Source of the DNA: Gammaproteobacteria bacterium
GTDB taxonomy: Bacteria; Pseudomonadota; Gammaproteobacteria; SZUA-229
Direction: 5' to 3'
Length of the DNA: 64,000 nucleotides
NCBI GenBank assembly: GCA_026195255.1
Contig: JAPHSS010000026.1
Coordinates: 15,403-79,402 of the forward strand
The translations under genes were made by a program, and so were the position numbers. Of the stretch, positions 9,450 through 19,270 are shown piece after piece. Positions within the stretch are counted from its first letter, which is position 1; each line of letters opens with the position of its first letter. Below the pieces are notes generated by a model, which had not been told where the DNA came from, ran no database searches, and worked only from the letters and a program-made list of their open reading frames with translations.

Positions 9450-10079
9450 ATGAACAAACTAATCGGCATACTGGGTGGCACCTTTGACCCAATTCATTTC
9501 GGTCATCTGCGACCTGCACTGGATATTATGCAGCAGGTGGGCTTGTCGGAAGTGCGGTTTATCCCTAATCGGCTGCCACCTCATAGGCAAGCTCCCAGGC
9601 TGAACGATTTACAAAGAGCAGAGCTGGTTCAGCTGGCTATATCTGATAGATCTGAATTTGTGTTTGATGATCGTGAGCTGCAACGTGATGGACCATCCTA
9701 TATGGTTGATACGTTGCAAAGTCTGAAGACTGATTTTCCTGATGCGACCTTATGTTTGATTATGGGTATGGATGCCTTTAACGGTTTGCCACAATGGCAT
9801 CGCTGGCAGTCTATACTTGAGTTATGTCATATTATAGTCAGCACGCGACCGGGGTCAGAATTGCCCGGTTTTGCTCTAAATGCAGCTTTTTCTCAAAATA
9901 TAAACCATGCCCCCGAAAGCCTGTTGCAAAGATCTTTTGGGCAAATTCTGTTACAATCGGTCACTCAGCTGGATATTTCAGCCAGCCAGATACGAAATTA
10001 CCTGTCCCTGGGGCAGAGCACACAATACCTGTTACCCGAAACCGTTAGAGATAAACTTGAACAAGCCTATGCCGAATAA
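9450..10079 (+). CDS. nadD: Nicotinate-nucleotide adenylyltransferase
   Basis: N-terminal [11 protein letters not shown] nucleotidyltransferase motif. Confidence 0.9.
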   Translation: MNKLIGILGGTFDPIHFGHLRPALDIMQQVGLSEVRFIPNRLPPHRQAPRLNDLQRAELVQLAISDRSEFVFDDRELQRDGPSYMVDTLQSLKTDFPDATLCLIMGMDAFNGLPQWHRWQSILELCHIIVSTRPGSELPGFALNAAFSQNINHAPESLLQRSFGQILLQSVTQLDISASQIRNYLSLGQSTQYLLPETVRDKLEQAYAE

Positions 10080-10440
10080 TGCAAACCCACCTACTGTAGA
10101 TTTAAAACAACTTATATTAACTACCCTGGAAGACATGAAAGCTGAAGATGTTATTGAGCTGGATGTCAATGGTAAAACCAGTGTTACTGACCTGTTAATC
10201 ATAGCCAGTGGAACATCTAGTCGTCATGTTAAATCTATCGCGTCTAATGTTGCGATAGAAGCTAAAAAACATGGCAAGAAACCTCTGGGAATTGAGGGAG
10301 AAGCACAGGGCGAATGGGTACTGGTCGATTTGGGCGATATTGTTGTGCATGTTATGCAGCCTCATGTGCGACAGTTTTATGATCTTGAAAAATTGTGGAG
10401 CTTCGACGAGCATTCCGGGACAGCAGCTGAATCAAAGTAA
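10069..10440 (+). CDS. rsfS: Ribosomal silencing factor RsfS (Iojap/YbeB)
   Basis: ATG at 10069 overlaps the nadD stop; ~123 aa; conserved nadD-rsfS-rlmH order; the ORF-track start at 9907 is an in-frame upstream extension. Confidence 0.7.
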   Translation: MPNNANPPTVDLKQLILTTLEDMKAEDVIELDVNGKTSVTDLLIIASGTSSRHVKSIASNVAIEAKKHGKKPLGIEGEAQGEWVLVDLGDIVVHVMQPHVRQFYDLEKLWSFDEHSGTAAESK

Positions 10441-10448
10441 GTTTATAA

Positions 10449-10919
10449 ATGCGTATACTTTTATTAGCGGTCGGGCAAAAAATGCCAACATGGGTTGAGC
10501 AAGGTTATAAAGAGTACGCTCATAGAATGCCGGCGGAAGCTAAACTGGAAATTAAAGAAATAGCCCCGGGGAAGCGGGGTAAAAATGCAGATATTAAACG
10601 CATTGTAGAAGAAGAAGGGCAACGCCTTAAAGCCGCCATTCCCAAATCAGCACATGTTGTGGTACTGGATGTGAAAGGTCGTTCACACACTACAGAGCAA
10701 TTAGCCGACAGGTTAGATGACTGGATGCACAGTGGCCAGGATATATGTTTATTAGTCGGTGGCCCGGAAGGTTTATCTGAAGAGTGCCGTAATCTGGCAA
10801 ACGAAAAATGGTCTTTATCCTCATTGACCTTTCCACATCCTCTGGTGCGCGTTATCTTAGCAGAACAATTATATCGAGCATGGTCTGTTTTGCGTAATCA
10901 TCCTTATCATCGTGCTTAA
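10449..10919 (+). CDS. rlmH: 23S rRNA (pseudouridine1915-N3)-methyltransferase RlmH
   Basis: 156 aa, SPOUT-family RlmH sequence MRILLLAVGQKMPTWV. Confidence 0.85.
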   Translation: MRILLLAVGQKMPTWVEQGYKEYAHRMPAEAKLEIKEIAPGKRGKNADIKRIVEEEGQRLKAAIPKSAHVVVLDVKGRSHTTEQLADRLDDWMHSGQDICLLVGGPEGLSEECRNLANEKWSLSSLTFPHPLVRVILAEQLYRAWSVLRNHPYHRA

Positions 10920-10964
10920 GATATCATTACAGGTGATATTTAAGTTCAGGTTGTTTAACCAAGA

Positions 10965-11561
10965 ATGACAAAAACAGACATCTCACCCAGCCCGCTTATT
11001 ACCCTGGCATCTGCTTCACCAAGAAGGCGCGAACTCCTGGAGCAGATTCAGGTCAGCTATTCAGTGTATCCTGCAAATATCGACGAGACTCATATCGAAG
11101 GAGAATCTGCGTTACAGTTTGTTCAAAGGTTAGCACTGGAAAAAGCGCGCTGTGTTTACAGAAAGTTTCCCGAGAGACCTGCGCTGGGGGCAGATACTAT
11201 CGTTGTAATTAATCAGCAGATTTTAGGAAAACCTGATAATCAGGATCATGCAAAGCGCATGTTGAAAATGTTATCGGGTCAAACGCATCAGGTTATGACA
11301 GCCGTTGCAATCTGTGATGGAGAAGCAGAACATCTGCAGGTGTGCACCAGTGAGGTAGAATTTGCGCAGTTGAATGATAAACAGGTAGAGGCTTATTGCT
11401 CCACAGGAGAGCCGATAGGTAAGGCTGGTGCATACGCAATTCAGGGTGTAGCCGCTCAGTTTATAAAAAACATTAAAGGCAGTTATTCGAGTATTATGGG
11501 GTTGCCGTTATATGAAACAGCCGAATTACTTAAGCTGTCAGGTATAAAGTTATTAAAATAG
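10965..11561 (+). CDS. maf: Maf-like nucleoside triphosphate pyrophosphatase
   Basis: LASASPRRRELL motif; precedes rng as in the E. coli yhdE-cafA arrangement. Confidence 0.85.
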   Translation: MTKTDISPSPLITLASASPRRRELLEQIQVSYSVYPANIDETHIEGESALQFVQRLALEKARCVYRKFPERPALGADTIVVINQQILGKPDNQDHAKRMLKMLSGQTHQVMTAVAICDGEAEHLQVCTSEVEFAQLNDKQVEAYCSTGEPIGKAGAYAIQGVAAQFIKNIKGSYSSIMGLPLYETAELLKLSGIKLLK

Positions 11562-11627
11562 TGGGCTAAACTATTAACAGATAATTTAAGGATCTGAATT
11601 CTCTAAAAATTAATATAAGTTATCTAG

Positions 11628-13106
11628 ATGAAAATTAATGGAATTAAAAAAGACATGAATAAAGAAATACTAATCAATGTAACCCCGCAGGAAACACGTG
11701 TCGCGATACTGGAAAACGGAGTCTTACAGGAAGTTTATATTGAGCGTATTAGAAACAAAGGCCTGGTAGGTAATATTTATAAAGGCCGTGTTTGTCGAGT
11801 GTTACCTGGAATGGAAGCAGCTTTTGTTGAGGTGGGTATGGATCGCGCGGCTTTTTTACATGTTTCTGACATTGCGCCGCAAGGTGATAATTCGAATAAA
11901 CCCACTATTTCTCATTTATTATCAGAAGGACAGGATGTTCTGGTGCAGGTAATTAAAGATCCAATGGGTACAAAAGGCGCGCGATTAACAGCGCATATAA
12001 CTATACCTTCCAGATATCTCGTGTTTATGCCAAATTCAGCCAATGTCGGTGTGTCATCGAGGATTGAAGATGAAGCAGAACGTGAACGACTTAGAGGAAT
12101 GCTGCTAGATCAGAAAGATTTATTAGGCGAATCAGGTTATATCATTCGAACGGCAGCTGAAACAGCAACACCAGAATCAATGGTGCAGGATATTTTATTT
12201 CTGAATAAATTATGGGGCTCGATTAGCGAAAAAGCCCGTGAAGAGAAAGCCGGTAACGTTATCCATGAAGACCTCTCTCTGCCGATGAGAGTGTTACGTG
12301 ACATGATAGATGAGGATCTAGAAAAAATACGTGTCGACTCCAGAGAGACGAGTCGAAAGATGCAGCTCTTTGCAGAAAAATTAATGATTGAAGCGCATAG
12401 TAAAATTGAACATTATCCTGGTGAGCGACCCATCTTTGATTTATATGGCGTTGAAGATGAAATACAAAAAGGCCTTGCTAAAAAATCTCATTTGAAATCG
12501 GGTGGTTACTTAATAATTGATCAAACTGAGGCAATGACAACAATCGATGTAAATACCGGTGCATTTGTTGGGCATAGAAACCTCGAAGAAACTATATTTA
12601 AAACCAACCTTGAAGCTGCGCAGGCAATAGCCAGACAATTACGATTAAGAAACCTCGGTGGAATCATCATAATAGATTTCATTGATATGGTTGAAGAAGA
12701 TCATCGTGCACAGGTCTTAAGAGCCCTGGAGAAAGCGTTAGATAAAGACCATGCACGTACCCAGGTATGTGAAGTCTCGTCCTTAGGGCTGGTTGAAATG
12801 ACACGAAAGCGGACACGTGAAAGCCTCGAGCATGTGTTGTGTGAAGCGTGCCCAACCTGCGAAGGTAAGGGTTATATTAAAACGGCTGAAACTGCCTGTT
12901 ATGAAATATTTAGAGAAATATTGCGAGAAGCACGTCAATTTGACGCAAAACAATTATTGGTATTAGCCGCGCAGGAAGTTATCGATTTGTTGGTAGATGA
13001 AGAGTCTAACAGTTTAGCTGAGCTAGAAGATTTCATCGGTGTTCCTATTAGATTGCAAGTTGAGTCTCTCTATACTCAAGAGCAGTTTGATGTCGTTATA
13101 ATGTGA
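11628..13106 (+). CDS. rng: Ribonuclease G
   Basis: S1 domain plus RNase E/G catalytic core; probable true start at 11655 (MNKEILINV). Confidence 0.85.
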   Translation: MKINGIKKDMNKEILINVTPQETRVAILENGVLQEVYIERIRNKGLVGNIYKGRVCRVLPGMEAAFVEVGMDRAAFLHVSDIAPQGDNSNKPTISHLLSEGQDVLVQVIKDPMGTKGARLTAHITIPSRYLVFMPNSANVGVSSRIEDEAERERLRGMLLDQKDLLGESGYIIRTAAETATPESMVQDILFLNKLWGSISEKAREEKAGNVIHEDLSLPMRVLRDMIDEDLEKIRVDSRETSRKMQLFAEKLMIEAHSKIEHYPGERPIFDLYGVEDEIQKGLAKKSHLKSGGYLIIDQTEAMTTIDVNTGAFVGHRNLEETIFKTNLEAAQAIARQLRLRNLGGIIIIDFIDMVEEDHRAQVLRALEKALDKDHARTQVCEVSSLGLVEMTRKRTRESLEHVLCEACPTCEGKGYIKTAETACYEIFREILREARQFDAKQLLVLAAQEVIDLLVDEESNSLAELEDFIGVPIRLQVESLYTQEQFDVVIM

Positions 13107-13129
13107 TAAGTGTTTATTTGAGTTAATAA

Positions 13130-16100
13130 ATGTCTGATCATTTTTCAAAAGAAACAAGAAAGAAGAAGGCTTTTAATTTAAGAAAATTAAAAAACTGGAT
13201 TTTAAGTATTGTTGCCCTAATGGTAATTATTCTCGCTATAAGTTTTACTCTTATACGTGTAGCAATAAAATCAATACCAGATTATTCAATGGCCATACAA
13301 AAAGCTGTGTCCGAACAAATGGGCTTAAAGCTGGAAGTGGGTTTTCTGGATGCTGAGATATACTGGTTAGTCCCCCGCCTTAATTTAATAGATGTTAACG
13401 TATCCGATAAAGAGGGAAAGCATCACTTATTACATCTTCAGGAAATTGATCTGAGTTTAGACTGGGCTGAAAGTATAAAAAGCATGACGCCGGTAATAGG
13501 TGAAATAACTTTGATCGGCTTGAATGTTCAGCTCGGTATTAACAAAAAATCACAACTTCTTATTCAAAATTATATTATTGATGAGAATATTGACGAAACT
13601 CTTAAAACTTCAACAGAAGGTGATGTGCAGAAAAGATTTGAAGTAAGTGAAGCAGTTAAGCACAATTTAAATAATCTTGACTTTAAAATATTAAATAGTC
13701 AGTTTAGTTATTATGATGAAAGGCATCAAAGTCATAATAAAACATTATCCAATGTGAATCTTCATTTGATTAACAGTGGTGAATCGCATGTGGTTGAGGT
13801 TAAGGCTAGTTTTCCTAAGGGCTACGGAAACAATGCTCACTTTATAATTGATTTGCAGGGCGATTTATTTGATTATAAAAATCTTGACGGTAAATTATAT
13901 CTTGCGATTGCAAGTTTTAATGCTGAATCCTGGTTAGATGATTACTGGAATGAACTGAAGGTCACAGCGAATGCAAAGGTTAACGGTAAAGTCTGGTTAG
14001 AGTGGAGTAAGCAGGAAATTGTCGAGGTTAATAGTCAGCTTAGCTTTACAAATCTTGCCGTACATTATCTTGGTGACTCAGTTAATACATGGAGCATTGA
14101 TCACCTTGATGCTTTGTTTCGCTGGAGTAAGACGGATAGTGGGTGGAAACTCGATGTTAGAGACCTGTTTGTTGAGCGTGAAGGTTTTGACTGGCTAAAA
14201 CCTGCAGCCGCAACCCTCGAAATGCGAAATTCTCAGAATGAAATTAAACTTCAAGCTGATTTTTTACGGGTAGAGGGCTTTGTATATCTCGCCGGTATGT
14301 TAAATAGTGTGACTGATGTAGATATATCCTGGCTGAAATTGCTTGAAAAGTATAAACCATCAGGAGCATTAAAAAATCTTGACGTGAGTTTACCTATCGA
14401 TGAACCTCAGGATATTAAAGTTAATGCTGAATTCAGTCAGCTGGGATTTTTATTGCCTGACATTGATCCCGCAGCAATAGTAAATCTGAAGGGCTCTATT
14501 GCATATCTTGATAATAAAACATGGTTATTATTAAACTCGAAAAACTCAGAAATAAAGTTCAGAAAATTATTCAGAAACCCTATTAAGTTAAATGTGCTGC
14601 AGGGTGCGCTAGAATTATCTCATCAAAATAATCTGTGGGAGTTATCTAGTCAATCACTGGTAGTAGATACACCGCATATAGAAACAGAAGTTCGACTTGA
14701 TTTTAATATGCCAGATAATGGTAAACCTTTCCTTGATTTAACGGCTAATTTTCAGAAAGGTGATGTTAATGCGGTGAGTTTGTATTTGCCTGCGGGTGTG
14801 ATGGGGCCCCAGGTGGTCAAATGGCTGGATAACGCATTGTACGCCGGCTTAATTACCCAGGGTGGATATCAGTTTTATGGTTATCTGGGTGATGCCCCTT
14901 TTAGGCTGAATGAAGGTATTTCATTAGCTGATTTTGATGTGACAGGGGTTGATCTGAATTATTTAGATAACTGGCCCGATGTAAATAATATTTCTGCTAA
15001 TCTCAGGTTTCAAAATGACAGCATGCTTTTGAAATCGAATAAAGCTGAGTTGTTTGATTCTAAAATTGAAAAAACAGTTGTATATATAGATAACTTTATT
15101 TCTCCAACTTTAGATGTGAAAGGCAGGGTTAATACCCAGTTAAAAGATTTGAAGAGATTTATTGGCGAAAGCGACTTGCGTGATGATGTGAGTAATTATC
15201 TGGATAATTTACAGTTTGAAGGAGCGGGTGATCTTGATCTGGAATTATTTTTGCCATTATATGGTAATTATCATACTGAAGTTGGCGGTAAGTTATTAAT
15301 CAAAGATGGCGAAATTGAATTTAGCAAGGAAAATTATGAGCTAAAAAATATTAACGGTTTAGTCCGTTTTGCAGGTGATACGGTTGAGTCTACTAATTTA
15401 AAAGCAAAGTTTACGGATAGTTTGCCTGAGCAGGTTTTAGATGTAAATATAAAAACACAGAAGAAACCAGCTGAGAGATTGTATCAAATAGATGTAAGTG
15501 GGAATATTCTTGCATCTTCCTTGTTGGCGCCTATCCCTGATATTCAACATCGTGTTGATGGAAGTTCGGATTGGGATATAACAATAGGTATAAATAATAT
15601 AATTGATAATGGAACATCGGTTACCGCAAAACTTAACTCGGATTTACAGGGAGTGACGACAAACTTGCCAGGTCCGTTAGCCAAGCTAACTGAAAAAAAG
15701 AAACCTGTTGAAATAAATATCAATGTGAAATCAGATGGAGCCAGGTATTTTAATATTAATTTAAATAATGGCGATAAGATTGAAGTTAATGATCTTAAAG
15801 ATAAAGTGGTAGTTAACGCAGATACAAAGAGCGTAAAAGGTGTGCTTGAAATGAATACGCAGGTTGATGTTGATCTTCCAATTGACATTAAACTTGAGTA
15901 CCTTGATTTGAATAAGTTTTTATTGACCGAAGAAACTGAAATTTTGGATTCTAATTTATCTGCGACTGATAGATTGGCTCAAAAGGAAAAGGATTTTATA
16001 TCACCACGTGACCTGCCTTCATTTGATTTGCATGCAGATAAATTAATATGGAAAAATTCTGTATTCACAGACAGTACATTAAATACGCAAAAAACAAAGT

Positions 16101-16840
16101 TAGGAGCAGTGATAAAAGAATATAAGTTAACCAGTGAAAATAATACTGTGTCGGGAAAAGGCAGCTGGTTTACAGGTAAAAATAATGAAAGCACCACAAA
16201 GCTAGATGTAAATATTGAAGTCGCTGATCTAGGTAAGGCGTTTAAGGATTTTGAAATATCTGACAGCTTGTTTTCTACTTCTGGGAATATAAATTTACGT
16301 TGGCAGTGGAAGGCTGCACCTTATGAATTTGACTGGAAAATATTAAATGGAGATGGTCAGTTGAGGTTAAGAGATGGAACCTTAAAAGATCTCGACGCAG
16401 GTGCGGGACGATTATTGGGGTTGTTTAATTTTGAAACCTTACTGTCACTGGATTTTGGTAGTCAGATGAAAGAAGGTTTTAATTTTGATAAGGTTAGTGC
16501 AAGTGTCACATTTTCAGATGAAAATATTTACTCAGATGATTTTGAAATTGAAAGTAAGGTTGCAGATATTTTTATGAAAGGCCGTTTAAGTATTGCAAAT
16601 AACTCCATTGATCAGACTATTACTGTTAAACCACATGTTGGAGCCACCGTTACTTTGGGTACCACTGTTGTCGCGGGGCCTGCTATTGGTGGTCTGGTTT
16701 ATTTGTTTCAGAAAATCTTTAATACTGACAGGTTGTCCGAGTATCAATATTCTATGAAGGGTAGTATTGACTCCCCCGTGGTTGAGCTAATATCGGTACC
16801 CGTAATAGTAGATGAACAGGATGAAGATAGTGATTTTTAA
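13130..16840 (+). CDS. yhdP: YhdP/AsmA2-family large envelope protein (TamB-like)
   Basis: 1236 aa, N-terminal TM anchor, conserved position downstream of maf-rng. Confidence 0.75.
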   Translation: MSDHFSKETRKKKAFNLRKLKNWILSIVALMVIILAISFTLIRVAIKSIPDYSMAIQKAVSEQMGLKLEVGFLDAEIYWLVPRLNLIDVNVSDKEGKHHLLHLQEIDLSLDWAESIKSMTPVIGEITLIGLNVQLGINKKSQLLIQNYIIDENIDETLKTSTEGDVQKRFEVSEAVKHNLNNLDFKILNSQFSYYDERHQSHNKTLSNVNLHLINSGESHVVEVKASFPKGYGNNAHFIIDLQGDLFDYKNLDGKLYLAIASFNAESWLDDYWNELKVTANAKVNGKVWLEWSKQEIVEVNSQLSFTNLAVHYLGDSVNTWSIDHLDALFRWSKTDSGWKLDVRDLFVEREGFDWLKPAAATLEMRNSQNEIKLQADFLRVEGFVYLAGMLNSVTDVDISWLKLLEKYKPSGALKNLDVSLPIDEPQDIKVNAEFSQLGFLLPDIDPAAIVNLKGSIAYLDNKTWLLLNSKNSEIKFRKLFRNPIKLNVLQGALELSHQNNLWELSSQSLVVDTPHIETEVRLDFNMPDNGKPFLDLTANFQKGDVNAVSLYLPAGVMGPQVVKWLDNALYAGLITQGGYQFYGYLGDAPFRLNEGISLADFDVTGVDLNYLDNWPDVNNISANLRFQNDSMLLKSNKAELFDSKIEKTVVYIDNFISPTLDVKGRVNTQLKDLKRFIGESDLRDDVSNYLDNLQFEGAGDLDLELFLPLYGNYHTEVGGKLLIKDGEIEFSKENYELKNINGLVRFAGDTVESTNLKAKFTDSLPEQVLDVNIKTQKKPAERLYQIDVSGNILASSLLAPIPDIQHRVDGSSDWDITIGINNIIDNGTSVTAKLNSDLQGVTTNLPGPLAKLTEKKKPVEININVKSDGARYFNINLNNGDKIEVNDLKDKVVVNADTKSVKGVLEMNTQVDVDLPIDIKLEYLDLNKFLLTEETEILDSNLSATDRLAQKEKDFISPRDLPSFDLHADKLIWKNSVFTDSTLNTQKTKLGAVIKEYKLTSENNTVSGKGSWFTGKNNESTTKLDVNIEVADLGKAFKDFEISDSLFSTSGNINLRWQWKAAPYEFDWKILNGDGQLRLRDGTLKDLDAGAGRLLGLFNFETLLSLDFGSQMKEGFNFDKVSASVTFSDENIYSDDFEIESKVADIFMKGRLSIANNSIDQTITVKPHVGATVTLGTTVVAGPAIGGLVYLFQKIFNTDRLSEYQYSMKGSIDSPVVELISVPVIVDEQDEDSDF

Positions 16841-17180
16841 GATTATTTTTGGTTGTTTGATATTGAGCCTGTTAATATCAACTAATGTGTTTGCACAAGG
16901 TGTTAATATAGAGCTGCGCGCAGAAACATGGGATATACCTCGGCATGGAGAAGCCTTATTAACGGTTCCCGAGCTCTCAAAGGTCATGCAGATGTGGATG
17001 GATGATCCATCCAGAAAAATTGAGCTGCGTTATCCGGGTGGAGAAGAGGGTGAACTCTGGGTTGAAGAGTTAAAAGACTGGTTTGTTTCGTTGGGTGTGC
17101 CTTCGAGTGTTATTCAGCTTACCCCCGGTAGTCACGCGGAAGATATTATCAATATAGTTATAATTAAGGCGGAAAAGTAA
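16812..17180 (+). CDS. hypothetical small secreted protein (122 aa)
   Basis: Signal-peptide-like N-terminus; overlaps the yhdP 3' end by 29 nt. Confidence 0.35.
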   Translation: MNRMKIVIFKIIFGCLILSLLISTNVFAQGVNIELRAETWDIPRHGEALLTVPELSKVMQMWMDDPSRKIELRYPGGEEGELWVEELKDWFVSLGVPSSVIQLTPGSHAEDIINIVIIKAEK

Positions 17181-17183
17181 AAG

Positions 17184-18008
17184 ATGAGTAAGCTTGCAGC
17201 AATTCAAATGTCCTCGGGCTCTAATATTCAGGCTAATTTAGATGAGGCAGTCAAATTAATTGATCAGGCAGCCTCTCAGGGTGCTGAGCTTATAGTGCTG
17301 CCTGAAAATTTCTCGCAAATGCCTATGAGTGATGATGAGCGTGTTGCAAATGCAGAAGATATTGGTGATGGTCGAGTACAGTCTTTTCTTGGTGTGCAGG
17401 CTAAAAAACATAATACCTGGATTGTTGGCGGAACAATCCCCATAACGAGTGATGAAGCAGGTAAAGCCTATTCCAGTAGTCTGCTTTATAACAATCTGGG
17501 TGAGCAGGTGGCTCGATATGACAAAATTCATATGTTTGACGTATTGATAGAGGCGAATAACGAAACCTATAATGAATCAGCAACAACCGTTGCAGGCGAT
17601 AAGGCAGTCGTTGTTGATACGCCCCTTGGTAAGCTGGGTTTAAGCGTGTGTTATGACCTCAGGTTTCCAGAGTTATATCGAACAATGATTGACCAGGGTA
17701 TGGAAATTTGTGCAATACCGTCGGCTTTTACAGCTTTTACGGGGCAATCTCACTGGGAGCCTTTAATCAGGGCCAGGGCAATTGAAAATCAGTGTTATGT
17801 CATTGCTTCTGCTCAAGGTGGTTATCATGTTAATAATCGCCAAACCTATGGCCATAGTATGATTGTAAATCCCTGGGGAAATATTCTGGGGAGTGTCGGC
17901 ACAGGGCCGGGCGTTGTTATTACAGAGTTTGATCGTAGAGTACTAGAAACTACCCGTAGTAAGTTTCAGGTATTGAGTCATAGAAAATTGAATTGCAAGA
18001 TTAGCTAA
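17184..18008 (+). CDS. Carbon-nitrogen hydrolase family protein (nitrilase superfamily)
   Basis: 274 aa; ELIVLPE and catalytic-Cys region GLSVCYDLRFPE. Confidence 0.8.
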   Translation: MSKLAAIQMSSGSNIQANLDEAVKLIDQAASQGAELIVLPENFSQMPMSDDERVANAEDIGDGRVQSFLGVQAKKHNTWIVGGTIPITSDEAGKAYSSSLLYNNLGEQVARYDKIHMFDVLIEANNETYNESATTVAGDKAVVVDTPLGKLGLSVCYDLRFPELYRTMIDQGMEICAIPSAFTAFTGQSHWEPLIRARAIENQCYVIASAQGGYHVNNRQTYGHSMIVNPWGNILGSVGTGPGVVITEFDRRVLETTRSKFQVLSHRKLNCKIS

Positions 18009-18271
18009 TCTACAAATTATCAGGAATAAACACCCAGGTATTTTGCTGAAGTGTGAAATGTTTGGGTTTAAGTATTACATATCTATAATAAACTTTGCGC
18101 AAAGCAATCATGGAAATTCTGAATTAACCACCCCTTGCATATCAAGCTAGAGAGGTTTCAGGACATTAAGGATGATTCTTTGGGGGCAGGAGCTCAATCA
18201 GGCGTGTTTTAATAAATCAATAAGAGCAGTAACGTCTCTAAACATAAAACATAATTCACGACAAAATAATC

Positions 18272-19270
18272 ATGAAAAAGAAAGTTTTCCATTTTGGCAT
18301 TTTATTCTCCATGCTTGGCCTGTTATTCGCGTGTGCTCCCTCAGTTAAGGATAAACCTGTAGTAATAAAAGCGCCGCCTGTAATAACGCCAGTTATAGTG
18401 GATAAAGTTATACCTGTTCCGCCTGAGTCTGAGCAGCCTGAACAACAGCAAGTGCTGGTTTTATTAAGTAGTTCCGCCAGTGCATTTCAGCAGATAGGCA
18501 AATATATAACAAAAGAGCTGGGTGATAATGCGGTACAAATTACATTGTCGGGCTTGCCTGCTCAGGATCAAGCTGTAATCAGGGATATACAAAACTCCAC
18601 TACGACTCAAGTTGTTGCTGTGGGGTCGAAGGCGCTTGATGCGGTTAAAAGTTTTAAGGACAAACAAATAATATATACGCAGATTCTTCATCATGACAAA
18701 GCATTAACTAAAAACATTAAAGGCGTGAGTTCATTGCCATCGCCGGAAAAGCTGTTTAAAGACTGGAAGAAACTATCACCCACACTAACAAAAGTTGCTG
18801 TTGTGGCGGGTAGGGATCTGGATCTGTATTTGAAACGAGCAAAAAAAGCAGCCAGGTCGCAGGGAATTGAGTTGATTGTAGGGCGAGTTAATTCAGATAA
18901 AGGCTTTATCTATAAAAGTAAAAAGCTCAAGTCTGATGTAGGGGGGCAGTGGATTTTGCCGGATAATCGTATACTGAGTGGAAAAGCACTTAAGGAAGTC
19001 ATGGCCTATGCATCAAGGCGTGGTAGACAAATAGTGGTATTTAGTCCTAATTTATTGTCATTTGGTGGTTTCTTCTATGTGACGCCCGATTTAGATGCCA
19101 TCGCGAAAGGTGTATTAAAGCGATTAGCTGAGTCTGCAGGTAAAAGCACAATTCCGGGTGATAACGTTTTACCCATAATGAGCCACACTATTGGAATAAA
19201 TCAGAATATAGCGAAGCAACTTAATCTGGTTATACCTCAAGAGTATCGGAAATACGTTAATGGAAAGTAG
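18272..19270 (+). CDS. periplasmic substrate-binding lipoprotein (ABC_sub_bind/PF04392-like) partnered with the downstream c-di-GMP sensor
   Basis: Lipobox LLFAC; 11-nt overlap with the downstream GGDEF-EAL gene. Confidence 0.5.
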   Translation: MKKKVFHFGILFSMLGLLFACAPSVKDKPVVIKAPPVITPVIVDKVIPVPPESEQPEQQQVLVLLSSSASAFQQIGKYITKELGDNAVQITLSGLPAQDQAVIRDIQNSTTTQVVAVGSKALDAVKSFKDKQIIYTQILHHDKALTKNIKGVSSLPSPEKLFKDWKKLSPTLTKVAVVAGRDLDLYLKRAKKAARSQGIELIVGRVNSDKGFIYKSKKLKSDVGGQWILPDNRILSGKALKEVMAYASRRGRQIVVFSPNLLSFGGFFYVTPDLDAIAKGVLKRLAESAGKSTIPGDNVLPIMSHTIGINQNIAKQLNLVIPQEYRKYVNGK